Positions 36,755 through 40,033 of a DNA stretch of 40,033 nt are shown here, in pieces. Position numbers and translations under genes: made by a program. Source of the DNA: Tubiluchus corallicola (Eukaryota > Animalia > Priapulida); NCBI GenBank assembly GCA_030141605.1, contig JAQGDQ010001459.1:1-40033 (forward strand), read 5' to 3'. Each line of letters opens with the position of its first letter. Position 1 is the stretch's first letter. The notes beneath the pieces are model-generated. The model was not told the DNA's origin. It searched no databases and worked only from the letters and a program-made list of their open reading frames with translations.

Positions 36755-37520
36755 TCTAGCTGTTTTAGCTTTAAGAGTTCTAGCTGTTTTAGCTTTAAGA
36801 GTTCTAGCTGTTTTAACTTTAAGAGTTCTAGCTGTTTTAGCTTTAAGAGTACTAGCTGTTTTAGCTTTAAGAGTTCTAGCTGATTTAACTTTAAGAGTAC
36901 TAGCTGTTTTAGCTTTAAGAGTACTAGCTGTTTTAGCTTTAAGAGTTCTAGCTGTTTTAGCTTTAAGAGTTCTAGCTGTTTTAGCTTTAAGAGTTCTAGC
37001 TGATTTAACTTTAAGAGTACTAGCTGTTTTAGCTTTAAGAGTACTAGCTGTTTTAGCTTTAAGAGTACTAGCTGTTTTAGCTTTAAGAGTTCTAGCTGTT
37101 TTAGCTTTAAGAGTTCTAGCTGTTTTAGCTTTAAGAGTTCTAGCTGTTTTAACTTTAAGAGTTCTAGCTGTTTTAGCTTTAAGAGTACTAGCTGTTTTAG
37201 CTTTAAGAGTACTAGCTGTTTTAGCTTTAAGAGTTCTAGCTGATTTAACTTTAAGAGTTCTAGCTGTTTTAGCTTTAAGAGTACTAGCTGTTTTAGCTTT
37301 AAGAGTACTAGCTGTTTTAGCTTTAAGAGTACTAGCTGTTTTAGCTTTAGGAGTACTAGCTGTTTTAGCTTTAAGAGTACTAGCTGTTTTAGCTTTAAGA
37401 GTTCTAGCTGTTTTAGCTTTAAGAGTACTAGCTGTTGTAGCTTTAAGAGTTCTAGCTGTTTTAGCTTTAAGAGTTCTAGCTGTTTTAGCTTTAAGAGTTC
37501 TAGCTGTTGTAGCTTTAAGA
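36755..37520. repeat. 24-bp minisatellite, about 32 copies
   Basis: Unit TAGCTGTTTTAGCTTTAAGAGT(T/A)C; 5 units per 120 nt. Confidence 0.97.
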
Positions 37521-38169
37521 CGCTTTCGACGATTAAGACGATGTTTTAGGTTTATAACAGTAAAGAGTTCTCTTGTATTTTAACTGTGTTCATTGCATTA
37601 CAATTTGTGTTGTCTAAATTGTGCCCTACTGGCTCTCAAGAAATATTTTAAAAGATAAACAAAACAAGTTCAGCGAGATGTGCCTGTAAACAAACATTAG
37701 GCGGGAAATGTCAACACAACATCACAATTTCCTCTCAATAAAGCCAAACAACAAGCTTTCTTTACTGTTTAGACTTCAGTAGGTTCGTCAACACTGGCAA
37801 CTAATTCTGTAATTATGATCCGGGGGCGTACAAAAACCGGACGAATCCGACACACGGTCGACATTAGTGCCGGGTAGGTTAACACCTGATGCGGACAAAG
37901 AGTCGAGTTGCGCTTATGGCAGGTAAAAGCCACACAGGTGAGGAAATCATAGTCGATTTGCCTGGATGCCTTTATGCCACCTGTGCAGTCGGATCTCTTT
38001 CATGCTAATGTTTTCACACCTGTCTTTCTTACCTGTTCAATTCAATATTTTAAATTCATTTTCCAGCCTGTTTAGATGTGGGTCAAGTTTCCAATTTGGT
38101 ATAGTAACAGGGTTCAGTGGAAATGATAACATTAATGCCTATTGTTACCAGTGTCGATGTAGTGTTTAA

Positions 38170-38878
38170 AATATAAAAAGGTTAGATTTAGATACACTTT
38201 ATTTCAGGTAAAAACCCACAATATTAACACATACGTCAAATATAATAAAAATGAAGTGGGCAAATACATCAAAGTTTTATGGAGTAGAAAAATACAACAT
38301 GTAAACCAGTTGACCGGTAATCCACGAGAGTTAATACCTGTATTTACAACACCATTAGATATACCAGTCAGTAAATATGACAGATTTATAGAAACAAGTG
38401 CGCTAGCTCTTCTACTTGGAAGAGGCTGCAAATCATTTAAATACAGGATAGGTATAACTGATTCAGTTCTGTGTGTTTGCAGTTTGGGCAGTCAAACCCC
38501 AGAACATTTAATTTTTCATTGTCCGTTACCATTGGTTAGACAAGATGTAAGAGTGAATCTCGAACGCGGCTTAGAAAATAATGACATTCGAAACATTTAC
38601 AGAAAGAGAGACACTAATGTAATTAAAATGTATATAGATATTGTAAAAGAAGTAACCCAAGATGATCTTATCGTAAATTGATTATACATTGATTATAAAT
38701 ATTGGATATATATTTAGAATAAGTAAATCGTAATGCAAAATTGTCAGCTTGTTTAGTAAGAAATTTATTTAATGTACATAATGTAAAGACTTATTTAACA
38801 TTTTTGTGTTCTTGTGCCCTGCAAATAGAGGATTCTTGTATAATTTTCAATAAAGATTTTTAATAATAATAATAATAA
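38170..38878 (+). mobile_element. Non-LTR retrotransposon 3' fragment with C-terminal CCHC zinc knuckle (I/Nimb/R1-group type)
   Basis: ORF ..YRIGITDSVLCVCSLGSQTPEHLIFHCP.. (CxC..H..C) ending at 38681, then AATAAA near 38849 and a (TAA)n tail to 38878. Confidence 0.7.
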
Positions 38879-38926
38879 GACACACACATACAATTAAAAA
38901 TACTACGTATGTACAATAGCTAGCAC

Positions 38927-39025
<99 letters not shown>

Positions 39026-39040
39026 CACACACACACACAC
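38927..39040. repeat. (CA)n microsatellite
   Basis: Direct reading. Confidence 0.97.
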
Positions 39041-39521
39041 AAAATACTACCACAGTAAAATTATACACAGATGAAAAATTTGGCAAAATATACGTATAAG
39101 ATTGAAAGATTAAAGTTAATAGACGCTTTCTGTATATAGCTGATTTATTCTCTATTAATAAATTTTAGATAAAAAGATACAATCACCGTTAAAAATTTCA
39201 TTTATCAAACTATTAAAAAGATGCAAGTTGTGCTGAAGTGCTAAGCAATGAAAATCTGTACGAACAAACATGAATATAATAGAATTCGTTTGATTTTGAG
39301 GCTACAGTTGGAGAAAGTGCGAATCAATTTGTTCCATCTGATATAAAAGAGAAACAAAAATCTCTCGATGTCTTTGATGTTTAGTAATTAAATCTAGCCA
39401 AGGCCCCTCTCGTCGATTGTGAGCTCATAGAGTTTGCATAATTGTTAAACACCTCTGATTGTCACGACGTGGAGTAAGGTAAAGGAACAAGCCAGTTATA
39501 CCTGCCTAAATGTGTGTTAAT

Positions 39522-40033
<512 letters not shown>

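Overview
Repeat-dense, AT-rich eukaryotic DNA, most likely from an invertebrate metazoan (inferred from spliceosomal introns, LINE/SINE/MITE content and abundant microsatellites; the taxon cannot be fixed from sequence). It contains no prokaryotic features. The one convincing gene is on the + strand. Three exons splice in phase (1178-1473, 23609-23735, 27082-28188) and give 509 aa of an unnamed single-pass membrane protein. Its features, in order: N-glycosylation sequons, a Cys-flanked double LPPPP motif, one TM helix, an RRRKRKK stop-transfer, and a long Ser/Pro-rich tail with a Cys cluster, a basic NLS-like patch, Tyr motifs and a C-terminal VYV. The middle exon is missing from the supplied ORF track, and the 5' exon(s) probably lie outside the window. 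The rest of the window is a 22-kb intron, a 3.3-kb intron and downstream DNA. These hold TTAA-flanked Kolobok-like MITEs, hAT/P-like and pogo/Tigger-like MITEs, a 1.87-kb fold-back element with 268-bp arms carrying a nested MITE, RTE, CR1/Jockey-type and I/Nimb-type LINE remnants, a tRNA-derived SINE, minisatellites (60, 88, 22 and 24 bp) and many microsatellites. Most long ORFs in the track are repeat artefacts. All family assignments come from motif recognition by eye, not from database searches.
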